Numbered from the stretch's first letter, positions 17,326 to 26,802 are shown. The stretch: 32,000 bases of DNA from Nitrosospira multiformis ATCC 25196 (GCF_000196355.1 NC_007614.1:1620001-1652000), one strand, 5' to 3'. Numbers and translations: made by a program. Notes: generated by a model not told the origin, from the sequence alone.

Positions 17326-19533
17326 CTAGAACACATAACTTGCATTCAACCCCACTATCACGTTTCGCCCCGCCGAGGGTTCATAAAAACGCTCGTTGCC
17401 TTCATTCACAATTACGGCACCGACATATTTTGCGTTGCTTACATTGTCTATCCGGATGAATTCGCTGAGCTTCAAACGACCTAGCTGATGCGAATACGCG
17501 AGCCGGATATTGGCTATGGCATACTGTTTTGCAGCTTCCGTATTGATATCGTTAGCGTAAACCCTATCACGATAGATTGCCTCGATCACTGCCGAAAACC
17601 CTGGTAGGCCGCGTCGCCACGCCAGTTCCCCATAGGCGGTATTACGCGGTATACCGGGAACCAGGTTGCCCTCCGCTACAATTACGAAAGGAGTGCCGGC
17701 TCGTGGCTGGTAGGTATAGGAATCGCGAAACCTGGCATCAAGAAAGGTATAAGAAAAATACGCAGAAAGATCCGCCCCGAAGCGATGGACGGCGGCAAGT
17801 TCTATGCCCCGTCTCCTGGTATCGGTCGCGTTCTGAAAAGTAGCTCTCCCCCCGATATTGGTCGCCGGCAGAATCTCATCGGTAACCACACTCTCAAAAA
17901 GCGCGAGATTGAGGCGGGTATTATCCGTAGCCAGCCACTTGAATCCCACTTCGATATTGCGGCTCTCGCTGGGGCGAAGAGAGAAATTGAGACCCGAGGC
18001 ACCATCCGGCCGGTAGGCAAGTTCTGTAAAGGTGGGTGTTTCGAAACCCCATCCGCCGCTGGCGTACAGATTGAGCGTCGATGTCGCCTTGTATAGCAAG
18101 CCCAGCACGGGATTCACATTGCGAAAAGTCAAACTGCCGCTATCATCGGCATTGCCGGGGCGGACAAAAAAATCCTCGGACTTGAATTTCACATTGGTGT
18201 AACGCACGGCGGCCGAAAGCGCCCAGGACTGCGTAAAATGCCACTCGGCCTGCCCGTATTGACTAAGGCTACTGACCGTATTATTTTCATTACGGCGCAA
18301 ACCTCCACGCACGCCAAGGATTGCGCCGGAGAAATTCTCGAACCCCTTGCGCCGCTCCTTGAAAATTTCGTACTCGATACCTGCGGTCAGCGTGAATGGA
18401 CGTTCCCCCATGCTCCGATAAGTCCATCGCAAGCCTGCTCCCCCAAATTGCCGGTCAAGATCGACTACGCCCCCTGAACTGGTCGCAGGAATCTGCGCGC
18501 CGCGTGGCACAGCAAGAAACTGCTCCAGCTGGCGGGTTCCTGCATAACCGATCAGCTTGATCTTGTTCGAAGCAGAGAATCTGTGTTCATACACCGCACC
18601 GCCTTGGGTATTGTCGATGCTCTTGCGGGTGTTGAAGGTATGGGCGCTAATATCCGCCTGTCGGGGATTCTCGATAACCTGAGCTTGCGTGAGTCCAAGA
18701 GGATCCTGCGTGTTGCCCTGGTGCAGTTCATTGACTACCAAAGTGAGGTTGGCATCATGGTCAAACCTGTACGTAGCCTTTGCACTGGCCTGGTAACGCG
18801 TTGCCGCGCTATGATCGCGATAGCCGCTTGTCTGAAAGCGGGAAATATCGACTACGTAGTTGAATGGCCCGGATATAACATCCGTTCCCCCTAATGTCCC
18901 CCCCAGCTTGATCTCGCCGCGAGAGGTGCCATAGCTGCCGCCTAGGAGAGTTCCGGATAAGGTGGTTTCGTTTGGGCCATCCTCCGTAAATGCCTGTATT
19001 ACCCCGCCTGAGGCATTGCCGTAAATGGCGGAAAATGGCCCGCGCAATACCTCGATGCGTTTGGTTGAACCGAGGTTGATATTCGCCGCCTGGCCTTGGC
19101 CATCCGGCATGGTGGCGGGAATGTCATCGACGAATATGCGTATGCCACGAATGCCGAAAGTGGAGCGCGCGCCAAAGCCGCGGCTGGATATTTGCAGATC
19201 CTGTGCGTAATTCTGGCGATTCTGAATGACGAGACCTGGAACGCGGGAAAGCGCCTCAGAAAGATTTACCCGGGGCTGAACCTCCTGAATAACCTTTGTC
19301 TCCACTACATCGATAGACATCGGCAAGGAGAAGCTGGATTGTTCAGTGCGGGTGCCGGTAATGACGACTGGATTGAGAACCGGTAAAGACCTCCCTGATG
19401 ATTCGAGCGGCGATGCCTCAGCCGCCGTATTAGTCCCAGTTTTGGACTGTACGGGAGGAGAATCCGATGCAGGCACGAGGTTCGGCAAGCCAATCCCGAT
19501 CGCGACGAGCGCAAGGTTCAGGATTTTCAACAA
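17326..19533 (-). CDS. TonB-dependent outer-membrane receptor
   Basis: Signal peptide; TonB-box-like VVITGTR; plug-domain motifs (IEVLRGPFSAIYGNASGGVI); long beta-barrel; terminal ...LNASYVF. TTG start in the ORF track. Confidence 0.9.
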   Translation of the reverse strand: MLKILNLALVAIGIGLPNLVPASDSPPVQSKTGTNTAAEASPLESSGRSLPVLNPVVITGTRTEQSSFSLPMSIDVVETKVIQEVQPRVNLSEALSRVPGLVIQNRQNYAQDLQISSRGFGARSTFGIRGIRIFVDDIPATMPDGQGQAANINLGSTKRIEVLRGPFSAIYGNASGGVIQAFTEDGPNETTLSGTLLGGSYGTSRGEIKLGGTLGGTDVISGPFNYVVDISRFQTSGYRDHSAATRYQASAKATYRFDHDANLTLVVNELHQGNTQDPLGLTQAQVIENPRQADISAHTFNTRKSIDNTQGGAVYEHRFSASNKIKLIGYAGTRQLEQFLAVPRGAQIPATSSGGVVDLDRQFGGAGLRWTYRSMGERPFTLTAGIEYEIFKERRKGFENFSGAILGVRGGLRRNENNTVSSLSQYGQAEWHFTQSWALSAAVRYTNVKFKSEDFFVRPGNADDSGSLTFRNVNPVLGLLYKATSTLNLYASGGWGFETPTFTELAYRPDGASGLNFSLRPSESRNIEVGFKWLATDNTRLNLALFESVVTDEILPATNIGGRATFQNATDTRRRGIELAAVHRFGADLSAYFSYTFLDARFRDSYTYQPRAGTPFVIVAEGNLVPGIPRNTAYGELAWRRGLPGFSAVIEAIYRDRVYANDINTEAAKQYAIANIRLAYSHQLGRLKLSEFIRIDNVSNAKYVGAVIVNEGNERFYEPSAGRNVIVGLNASYVF

Positions 19534-19640
19534 TTTTTGCTTTCCGCCGGAACATCGGGCAATTGAAGAAGTAGCGAGAGGCTAACCGAGCTTCTCCTGT
19601 TGATCAACAAATCCAAATCAAACGGGAGCCATTTTTATTT

Positions 19641-20069
19641 TTAATAGCCCGGCTGACCTCCCATGCCGCCGCCAGGAGGGGGAACCAGAGAGGGAAAAGA
19701 AGAACCTGACGATGAAGGCGAGGAAGCCTGCTCCACCTTCTGCTTTCCAGCCGCTGCTTCTTTATTAACTTTTTCTACCGCCTCATTTATACGGGCTTGC
19801 TCGGCAGTGGCCGACTTGTTGATGGCGGCGTTATCGGCATTGGCCTCCTTGATCATACAGTCATGGTAAGTTTGTATCTGTTTCTGCCACTCATTGATTT
19901 TTCCCACACTCCGGTTGAAGGCATCGACACTGCTTGAATCCACCACTGGCGTCTCTGGCATTGAGCCGCAACCGCTGGCAGACCAGCCCCCTTTTTCGAA
20001 GGTTCCCGCGTTTGCGGCAAACGCGGTAATGAGTACAACTGATACTGGAATATAAATGATTCGACTCAT
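19641..20069 (-). CDS. hypothetical secreted protein with Ser/Pro/Gly-rich C-terminus
   Basis: ATG at 20069 with GGGAGG 6 nt upstream. Signal peptide (MSRIIYIPVSVVLITAFAANA), helical middle and a SSPSSSGSSFPSLVPPPGGGMGGQPGY tail. Co-oriented with the TonB receptor, 107 nt upstream of it. Confidence 0.6.
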   Translation of the reverse strand: MSRIIYIPVSVVLITAFAANAGTFEKGGWSASGCGSMPETPVVDSSSVDAFNRSVGKINEWQKQIQTYHDCMIKEANADNAAINKSATAEQARINEAVEKVNKEAAAGKQKVEQASSPSSSGSSFPSLVPPPGGGMGGQPGY

Positions 20070-20248
20070 ATACGCCTCCCATGATTGATAGAATATGATC
20101 ATACCGGCTCAGCCATAACTCCTTCTTTCGCCCGCACGGCCGCAAAGGGTGCGGCAAGTCAGAGAAATATATAAAGCGAGCGGCTTATATTCCTGCTGAT
20201 ATCGCTGCGGTCAGCTGCCATTGAAGAACATACGCCAGCATCTTATAG

Positions 20249-20255
20249 GCTAATA
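20249..20255. repeat. 7-bp target-site duplication (GCTAATA) of the left IS481 copy, outer copy
   Basis: GCTAATA lies immediately before TGTAGTAG at 20256. The same heptamer lies immediately after ...CTACTACA at 21478. Confidence 0.85.
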
Positions 20256-21478
20256 TGTAGTAGTCGCGATCCCATCAGACAGTTTCCCGATTTGACTGGT
20301 GCAGTTGTCAGATCAGATTCAACTGTTCAGTAATGTGATTTTATCGTTCCACACCTCCTTTCCGTCAATTAATGTTTGCATGGGTGTTCGCCCGCAGCAC
20401 ATCTTGCCCTGATGAGTGCGGTCGTGATTGTAGTAGTGCAGCCAGTCATCCAGGTCAATTTGCAACTCCTCGATTGATCGGTATATCTTGCGCCGGAACG
20501 CGACCTGGTAGAACTCTTGCAGGATCGTCTTGTGAAAGCGCTCACAGATGCCGTTGGTCTGCGGATGATTGGCTTTGGTGCGAGTATGTTCAATATCATT
20601 GAGCGCCAGATAGAGCTGATAATCGTGAGTCTCTGGCTTGCCGCAATATTCAGTGCCTCGGTCGGTCAGAATTCGGATCAGGCCCATGTCCTGTTCTGCA
20701 AAGAAGGGTAGTACCCGATCGTTGAGCAAATCCGCGCCTGTAATCGGCGTTTTGGTCGTATAGAGCTTGGCTGTGGCCCACTTGGAGTAGGTGTCGACGA
20801 AGGTCTGCTGATAAATACGACCCACGCCCTTGATCGTGCCCACATAGAAGGTATCCTGACTGCCAAGGTAGCCTGAATGGGCGGTTTCCACCTCCCCATG
20901 GGCGACATCGTCGTCCTGCTTCTTCTCCAGGGCACTAACCTGCGCTTCGGTCAGCACTTCTCCAGTCTGCGCGATATGACATTCCAGTGCCGCCAACCGC
21001 TTCTTGAATGATTCCAGGTCCCTGCGCAGCCAGACAGAGCGAACGCCTGAAGGAGAAATGAAGATGCCGCGTTTGCGTAACTCGTTGGAAACGCGCACTT
21101 GCCCGAATGCAGGCTGCTCAAGGGCAAATGCAGCTACCGCCATCTCGACTGCTTCTTCAACTCTATTCTTGGGATTGGGCTTCCTTCGATTGGCATCAAT
21201 CAGGGCATCGATACCACCATTTTCCATCGCTGACTGATACCGATAGAAGGTATCCCGGGAAAAGCCCATCACCTTGCAGGCACGCGATACATTGCCAAGC
21301 TCGGCTGCCAGATTAAGCAGCCCTACCTTGTGCTTAATAACATTTTGTTGAACACTACTCATGGGGTTACTCCTTTGCGCTTTCAGCGCTCAATTTGATA
21401 AAGATTCGCACCTCTATCAAACCGGGTAACCCCGCTTTTCGCAAGGCCCTACTGTCAGATTAAATCTGAACTACTACA
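20256..21478 (-). mobile_element. IS481-family insertion sequence, copy 1 (1223 bp)
   Basis: Ends TGTAGTAGT...ACTACTACA. Imperfect 28-bp terminal inverted repeats match at 21/28 positions by eye. Single DDE transposase ORF. Flanked by a 7-bp direct repeat. Confidence 0.9.
20319..21362 (-). CDS. IS481-family DDE transposase (347 aa)
   Basis: N-terminal HTH (GNVSRACKVMGFSRDTFYRY); integrase-core catalytic region (DTFYVG..., TDRGTEY, HPQTNGICERFHKT). Identical to the protein at 26989..28032. Confidence 0.92.
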   Translation of the reverse strand: MSSVQQNVIKHKVGLLNLAAELGNVSRACKVMGFSRDTFYRYQSAMENGGIDALIDANRRKPNPKNRVEEAVEMAVAAFALEQPAFGQVRVSNELRKRGIFISPSGVRSVWLRRDLESFKKRLAALECHIAQTGEVLTEAQVSALEKKQDDDVAHGEVETAHSGYLGSQDTFYVGTIKGVGRIYQQTFVDTYSKWATAKLYTTKTPITGADLLNDRVLPFFAEQDMGLIRILTDRGTEYCGKPETHDYQLYLALNDIEHTRTKANHPQTNGICERFHKTILQEFYQVAFRRKIYRSIEELQIDLDDWLHYYNHDRTHQGKMCCGRTPMQTLIDGKEVWNDKITLLNS

Positions 21479-21485
21479 GCTAATA
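21479..21485. repeat. 7-bp target-site duplication (GCTAATA) of the left IS481 copy, inner copy
   Basis: See 20249..20255. Confidence 0.85.
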
Positions 21486-21544
21486 TAACCGGTTTGCAAA
21501 CGGCAAGAACAGCCATATCATCATCCGCCTATCCCCTCAGTTTT

Positions 21545-22762
21545 ATGCAATCCGCTGCAAACGCCTGGCGCGATGTGCTGGCAAAGTCCGTGCTATTCTT
21601 TTTTGGGATAGCGCTCTGGTACAAGGGGTTGAGCTTTTATGCCTATTACCTTTTGCCCCTCGCCTGGACGATAGATGGAGGACTGGCCCGCGCTGGAGAA
21701 ACGGTCAGAGAGCCTCTGGCAATCGGCATGCTTCTGTTATGCTTCGTCCTCGCCCTTGGCATACTCTGGAGCGATCATCCTGATCTTGGATTCAAGGTCG
21801 GGCGAAGATATTTTGCCTTTCTCGTTTTTATCCCCTATCTAGGCCTCTTGAATAAGGAACGTCTACCTTGGGCAATCAGTGGAGCGCTCCTGGGTTATTT
21901 TGGCGCACTGCTTATCGGTTTATATCACTGGCTGGTAATGGGCGTACAAGGTATTCCGACTTTGGGGATGCCTTACACCAGTTTCTCTTCGACACTAGGA
22001 ATTGGAGTAATACTGTCTCTCTATATTATAAAAACAAGCAGAAATAATGGAATCCGACTGTTTTTGTGGTTTCTCTCTGCCTTTCTATTGTTCATTCAGT
22101 TTAATCAAGACGCCAGGGGCGCACTTTTAGCAACGCTTTTCTCATCGTTGCTTCTGCTGTTTTTGCTGTATAAAACAAAAACCAAAACCCTTCTGATCGT
22201 GATGACACTGGTGATCACAGTAATCACGTTGTTCGCATCCAATAGTACGAGTTTTCAAGAAAGATTAATGCGAGCGAAGAATGATATTCAGTTATCCTGG
22301 ACAGGAAAATATACAACCAGCTTGGGTTATCGCCTGGCCATGTGGGATGTCGGTCTCCATGGAATAGCCGAGCATCCCTTTGTCGGTCACGGCACGGGAA
22401 CGGCAGCAAGGTATTTCGAGAAAACCGTTGAGACGTATAAAGGGGGTATTTACCGGGATTTAACAGAATTTCACGACACTTATCATTATCACAATGACTG
22501 GATTGAGATCGGAATGCAGTTAGGACTGCTCGGGATGGCGACTTATGCTTTCTTTTTGTGGAGTTGGTATCAAACGCTAAAGAGACATCAACTGATAGTT
22601 CTTGCGGCGGCTTTACTCTGTTTTATTTTTCTGTCCGGCTTAACAGACACTCTGGTTTTTTTTCGACAAACTTTTTACTTGCTTCTTGTAATCACCGCTA
22701 TTGGTATTACCTCTCACAAAGCATCGGAGCGGCTGGACTCTACAAAATATATTACTTCTTGA
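21545..22762 (+). CDS. O-antigen ligase / Wzy_C-domain family polytopic membrane protein
   Basis: About 10 or more TM helices. RGALLATLFSSLLLL loop motif. GHGTGT...HYHNDWIEIGMQLGLLGM is typical of the WaaL/Wzy_C family. The ORF track starts at TTG 21494; the first ATG is at 21545. AT-rich relative to its surroundings. Confidence 0.8.
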   Translation: MQSAANAWRDVLAKSVLFFFGIALWYKGLSFYAYYLLPLAWTIDGGLARAGETVREPLAIGMLLLCFVLALGILWSDHPDLGFKVGRRYFAFLVFIPYLGLLNKERLPWAISGALLGYFGALLIGLYHWLVMGVQGIPTLGMPYTSFSSTLGIGVILSLYIIKTSRNNGIRLFLWFLSAFLLFIQFNQDARGALLATLFSSLLLLFLLYKTKTKTLLIVMTLVITVITLFASNSTSFQERLMRAKNDIQLSWTGKYTTSLGYRLAMWDVGLHGIAEHPFVGHGTGTAARYFEKTVETYKGGIYRDLTEFHDTYHYHNDWIEIGMQLGLLGMATYAFFLWSWYQTLKRHQLIVLAAALLCFIFLSGLTDTLVFFRQTFYLLLVITAIGITSHKASERLDSTKYITS

Positions 22763-22819
22763 GTGATACTGGCAGTTATTGGAGTGGATGATTCAACATT
22801 AAACTGGGATAAGAAGGAA

Positions 22820-23779
22820 ATGACAAGATCGCCGCTACTGTCTGTCGCATTAGCCAGCTTTAACGGAGAACGCTATATTGCTGAGCAGTTGGAAAGTATA
22901 GCTCAGCAGTATAGACTGCCTGATGAACTCGTCATTTCAGATGATGCCTCCACTGATAGCACTACTGATATCGTATTGAGATTTGCGCGGCATGCTCCAT
23001 TCCCCGTGCAACTCCTCGAGCACTCTGAGCGTCTTGGTTCCACACGTAACTTTCAAACGGCTATATGCGCTTGTAATGGTGACATAATCTTTTTATGTGA
23101 TCAGGACGATGTTTGGTATCCAAAAAAGATCGAACTTATTGAAGCAGGTTTTATCGATAACCATAACGCAGGTGCCGTTTTCACCGATGCAGATGTAGTT
23201 GGCGAAAACTTAAACCCATCTGAAATACGTCTTTGGGAAGCTTTTAAATTCAATTCAAAAGAACAAGCACAAATTAATGGTTGCGATGCACTGGAAGTTT
23301 TGTTCAAGCATCCGGTAGTAACAGGTGCGACAATGGCGTTTCGTTCCATTTATCGAGATCTTATTCTACCTTTACCCGATATGTGGCATGACGCTTGGAT
23401 TGCTCTACTTATTGGAGCAACTTCATCCCTAGTGGCATTGCCCACACCATTGATTGCCTATCGGCAGCATAACTCTAACCAACTTGGGATTCCTCGTAGA
23501 GGTAGGAATCGCGGCAAGACTTGCGCAGAAATATATGGACCACAAGTTCTCCATTATGAATTGACTCGAGCGCGTCTCCTCGCGCACGAGAAGCACTTTC
23601 CAGTTTCTAAGCAGAAACTAGAAAAAATGGAGGAATTGCTTATTTTTTTGCGGAATCGCGCTGCTTTACCTCAAAGTCCTTGGCAGAGATTACCGATAGC
23701 TCTAAATGAACTTGCTGCCTTCCGTTATCATCGATATGCATTCGGAACTATCAGTTTTTGGAAAGACTTGCTACGCTAA
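22820..23779 (+). CDS. family 2 glycosyltransferase (GT2)
   Basis: ATG with AAGGAA SD. LSVALASFNGERYIAEQLESI...LVISDDASTDST (GT-A nucleotide-binding), DQDDVWYPKK (DxD region). No C-terminal TM segment. Confidence 0.85.
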   Translation: MTRSPLLSVALASFNGERYIAEQLESIAQQYRLPDELVISDDASTDSTTDIVLRFARHAPFPVQLLEHSERLGSTRNFQTAICACNGDIIFLCDQDDVWYPKKIELIEAGFIDNHNAGAVFTDADVVGENLNPSEIRLWEAFKFNSKEQAQINGCDALEVLFKHPVVTGATMAFRSIYRDLILPLPDMWHDAWIALLIGATSSLVALPTPLIAYRQHNSNQLGIPRRGRNRGKTCAEIYGPQVLHYELTRARLLAHEKHFPVSKQKLEKMEELLIFLRNRAALPQSPWQRLPIALNELAAFRYHRYAFGTISFWKDLLR

Positions 23780-23920
23780 CCATTGCACACCTCTACAAAT
23801 CAAGAATCAATAGGTGTTGCACTGACCGGTTGAATGCGCCGGTACAGTTTATTGGGGTGGGTTTTCCCCCGATTTCACGGACACATCTAAAAAGGCTGAT
23901 AATGAGTCAGGAGGTGTGTC

Positions 23921-24208
23921 ATGGCAACGCGAAGGAAATATGCAGCGGAGTTCAAGCAGGAAGCGGTACAACTAGTTCGGTCTGGCAATGTGCCGGCAAG
24001 CCGGATCGCGCGTGATCTGGGGATTGATCCCAATATGCTGAGCCGGTGGTGCCGGGAAATGGGCTCGGTCGGTAATAAAGCCTTTCAGGGTCAGGGCAGG
24101 CCCCGTGATGAGGAGATGGCTGCGCTCAAACGTGAGCTGATCCAAGTTAGGAAGGAGCGTGATTTTTTAAAAGAAGCGGCGGCGTTATTCGCGAAAGCGT
24201 CGAAATGA
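23921..24208 (+). CDS. IS3-family transposase OrfA (HTH)
   Basis: MATRRKYAAEFKQEAVQLV... is a typical IS3/IS911 OrfA. SD GGAGG upstream. Confidence 0.9.
   Translation: MATRRKYAAEFKQEAVQLVRSGNVPASRIARDLGIDPNMLSRWCREMGSVGNKAFQGQGRPRDEEMAALKRELIQVRKERDFLKEAAALFAKASK
24163..24169 (+). other. candidate programmed -1 ribosomal frameshift heptamer T TTT TTA (followed by AAAAG)
   Basis: The X XXY YYZ heptamer is in the orfA zero frame (GAT TTT TTA AAA G). The -1 frame is open from here into orfB, with no stop between 24163 and 24205. Confidence 0.55.
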
Positions 24209-25047
24209 GATATCGCATGATCGAACGCTGCCGCGATGCCTTCCCCATTCGCCTGATGTGTCGTTGTCTGCATGTATCAACCAGCGGCTACTATGATTGG
24301 CGAGATCGCCCCTTGAGTCAGAGAGCGCATGATGACCGGCGTTTGCTGGAGCGCATCAGGAAGATTCATGATGGCAGCGATGGGGTGATGGGCAGTCCTC
24401 GAGTCTGGAAGGAGTTGCGTTATGAAGGCGAGGCGTGTGGGTTGAACCGCATAGCACGGCTGATGCGCCAGCAGAGGTTGTATGGCATCCCGCAGCGTAA
24501 ACGCTGGCACAAGAAGGTCTGTGGCCTTCGACCGGAGAATGTGCACAATCACTTGCAGCGGGACTTTACAGCAAGTGAGCCCAACAGCCGGTGGGTGACG
24601 GACATAACCTATGTGCGCACTCAGGAAAGCTGGCTTTATCTGTGCGTGGTCGTGGACCTGTACTCGGGCATCGTGGTCGGCTGGTCAATGAGCCACTGCC
24701 AGGATCCGCAACTGGTGCTGCAGGCCGTACTCATGGCGCTTTGGCAGCGTGAGGCAAAAACTCCCGTCATCCTGCACTCAGATCGCGGCTGTCAGTTTAC
24801 CAGTGACGAGTATCAACGCTTCCTGCAAGGACACAATCTGATTTGCAGCATGAGCGCTGTCGGTAGTTGTGCCGACAACGCGCTAGCAGAGAGCTTCTTT
24901 GGCTTGCTCAAGCGGGAGCGAGTATATCGTCGCCAGTATCGAACCCGGGCTGAGGCGCGCACAGATATCTTCGACTATATCGAGCGATTCCATAATCCGC
25001 GAAAACGGCGACAGCTGGAAATGCGTCAGAAGCAGGATTTAGCTTAA
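24205..25047 (+). CDS. IS3-family transposase OrfB (DDE integrase core), probably expressed as an OrfAB fusion
   Basis: WVTDITYV, LHSDRGCQFTS and ADNALAESFFGLLKRE (DDE triad context). It lies in the -1 frame relative to orfA. Confidence 0.9.
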   Translation: MRYRMIERCRDAFPIRLMCRCLHVSTSGYYDWRDRPLSQRAHDDRRLLERIRKIHDGSDGVMGSPRVWKELRYEGEACGLNRIARLMRQQRLYGIPQRKRWHKKVCGLRPENVHNHLQRDFTASEPNSRWVTDITYVRTQESWLYLCVVVDLYSGIVVGWSMSHCQDPQLVLQAVLMALWQREAKTPVILHSDRGCQFTSDEYQRFLQGHNLICSMSAVGSCADNALAESFFGLLKRERVYRRQYRTRAEARTDIFDYIERFHNPRKRRQLEMRQKQDLA

Positions 25048-25227
25048 CCAAACCGTCCGGAGAAATGGGGTAAAACCCGGTAGGGTCAGCTAGTCCAGGT
25101 TTCCACTTTAGAACGGTACTGATTCCAGAGTAGGGTGATCCTGCCCTGACGAAGCCACAGCAATATCAAAACTGTGCTAAACGTCTAGGGATTTTGAGTG
25201 TTTAAGGCATATCCTCAGCCATAACAC

Positions 25228-26802
25228 TTAGGGGGATCCAGAATGCTCTGATAAGATTGTCTTCTTGACTGTATATATTTGATAGATCAGGTTTGGCGAA
25301 TCGTGCAGCATCTCGAAGTTATCCGAGATATATTTATGAATTAGGGGATGTGTATTGCAGAAACGTAACTCCTCCCGCCCATCAAGAGGGAAATCGAATA
25401 TCAGGATAAAACCTGGATTTGTCACCTTGATTCGTTCAATTTCTAGCTGTTGAAAGCTTTCACTTCGCGAGAACAAGGCGTATATCTCCCACATAGGAGA
25501 CTTTCTTTCGAACAGGGGATAAGCTCCCGGCCAGAAAGGAGTTGTGATAAAACTTTGACCATCGGCTGCATACTTAGCAACTAATTTCTTTAATAGACTG
25601 ATCTCACTCGCTGTGCGAGCATCAACAGTCACTTTGGTGTCTGAAATTACGATGCTCACACATTGTTTGCTAGGCCGACATTGCCAGGCGGGATGAAAAT
25701 GCACCATCACTAATAAACTTGACCCACATAACAAAAGTGCCAACGGCCATTTGATCCTCGCTGGTTTTGTGGACAACAGCACTAGGCAACCGACTAATAG
25801 AGGAAAAATGCTTTTAGCAAGATGACTTACATCAGCTCGGGAATAAGCATAATGCGCATAGGGCAATGCCAAGAATGCAGTTGCAACCAAGGCCGATGGA
25901 ACAGCCCGCTTGTGAAATTTCTGGCGAGTAACCCATATGATAGCAAGTACGCCAAAAACGACTATAGCGATGAAAAACAAGCCAACCAGCACTCCACGAA
26001 TCGTCTTACCAATAGATACGGAGTCAAATTCCAAACGCCAAGGCCAAGGAACGGGTAGAGTAAGATTAGTTGCTTTAATTTCAAGGAAAAAGAGCAAGCT
26101 TTCCCAGAAGGCAGGAGCAAAGCCTGGTACCAGCAATATCATGAGAAGTATTGGAATATAACCAATTGCTACTCCTACTGCCCATAGCATAGCCACCTTG
26201 ATAAATTCAAGCTTATCCGCTTGCCTGATGGTCAGCCATATCATAACCCCAAAACTACCTAAGACACCGTATACCCCATGGTTACGGCCAAAAACAGCTA
26301 CAAAACCTACACATAAACCGGTGAAAAAGTAACGTCTCCTTGTAGGGTTCTGCACAAGAAAGGCCAATACTCCAATCAGCAGAATAGATAAAGAGACATC
26401 AAATAATTTGTGGCGTGGATACATCCAGACCACCAATGTGATGGCTGAAAGAAGTAAATAAGGAAAATTTAGCGTTCTTGTATTTCGAGCAATTAACAGT
26501 AGAGCGACGAATAATCCCATCACTTGAAAAACCGCCAAGCTACCCCTTAAGGCCACTATGCCATTGTCTCCCCACAGCCACATGAGTGTAGCGGACCAGT
26601 AGTAACGGCCGGGGTCGTAAGCCATGAAATCGCGGATAGGCACCTCACCTAGCATCACACGTTGAACCCCATACCAAAGAAAACCTTCATCCCATAGTGA
26701 GAATCCTTTATGCCCCTGCCATAGAAAAAGTGCGAGCACAACAAGACTGGAGAAAACCAGTATTTGAAAAACTGGAAGCTTATTTTCTTGGGGTTGATGC
26801 AT
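25228..26802 (-). CDS. polytopic membrane protein, GT-C-like (ArnT/PMT-type) putative glycosyltransferase
   Basis: 524 aa with about 12 or more hydrophobic helices in the first ~390 aa. An acidic first-loop motif (SLWDEGFLWYG...DFMAYDPGRYYW) resembles GT-C first-loop catalytic motifs. Soluble C-terminal ~130 aa. AT-rich. Family assignment is inference. Confidence 0.55.
   Translation of the reverse strand: MHQPQENKLPVFQILVFSSLVVLALFLWQGHKGFSLWDEGFLWYGVQRVMLGEVPIRDFMAYDPGRYYWSATLMWLWGDNGIVALRGSLAVFQVMGLFVALLLIARNTRTLNFPYLLLSAITLVVWMYPRHKLFDVSLSILLIGVLAFLVQNPTRRRYFFTGLCVGFVAVFGRNHGVYGVLGSFGVMIWLTIRQADKLEFIKVAMLWAVGVAIGYIPILLMILLVPGFAPAFWESLLFFLEIKATNLTLPVPWPWRLEFDSVSIGKTIRGVLVGLFFIAIVVFGVLAIIWVTRQKFHKRAVPSALVATAFLALPYAHYAYSRADVSHLAKSIFPLLVGCLVLLSTKPARIKWPLALLLCGSSLLVMVHFHPAWQCRPSKQCVSIVISDTKVTVDARTASEISLLKKLVAKYAADGQSFITTPFWPGAYPLFERKSPMWEIYALFSRSESFQQLEIERIKVTNPGFILIFDFPLDGREELRFCNTHPLIHKYISDNFEMLHDSPNLIYQIYTVKKTILSEHSGSP

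Larger units (their letters stand above)
23858..25079 (+). mobile_element. IS3-family insertion sequence (boundaries +/- a few bp)
   Basis: orfA/orfB organisation. Terminal inverted repeats: left (T)GGGTTTTCCCCCGATTTCACGGAC, and the reverse complement of the right end GGGTTTTACCCCATTTCTCCGGAC. Possible 3-bp GGT duplication if the ends are 23859/25078. Confidence 0.8.

Noticed and set aside
19534-19640. Fur box upstream of the TonB-dependent receptor
   Set aside because: The region is AT-rich, but nothing approaches the GATAATGATAATCATTATC consensus. The GAATAT direct repeats near 16990-17015 upstream of the DUF1264 gene were likewise unconvincing.
21494-23779. Canonical GtrABC serotype-conversion module
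   Set aside because: No GtrA-like small flippase gene is present. The GT2 lacks the C-terminal TM helices of GtrB. The gene order and orientation differ. The conversion-module idea is retained only in a generic sense.
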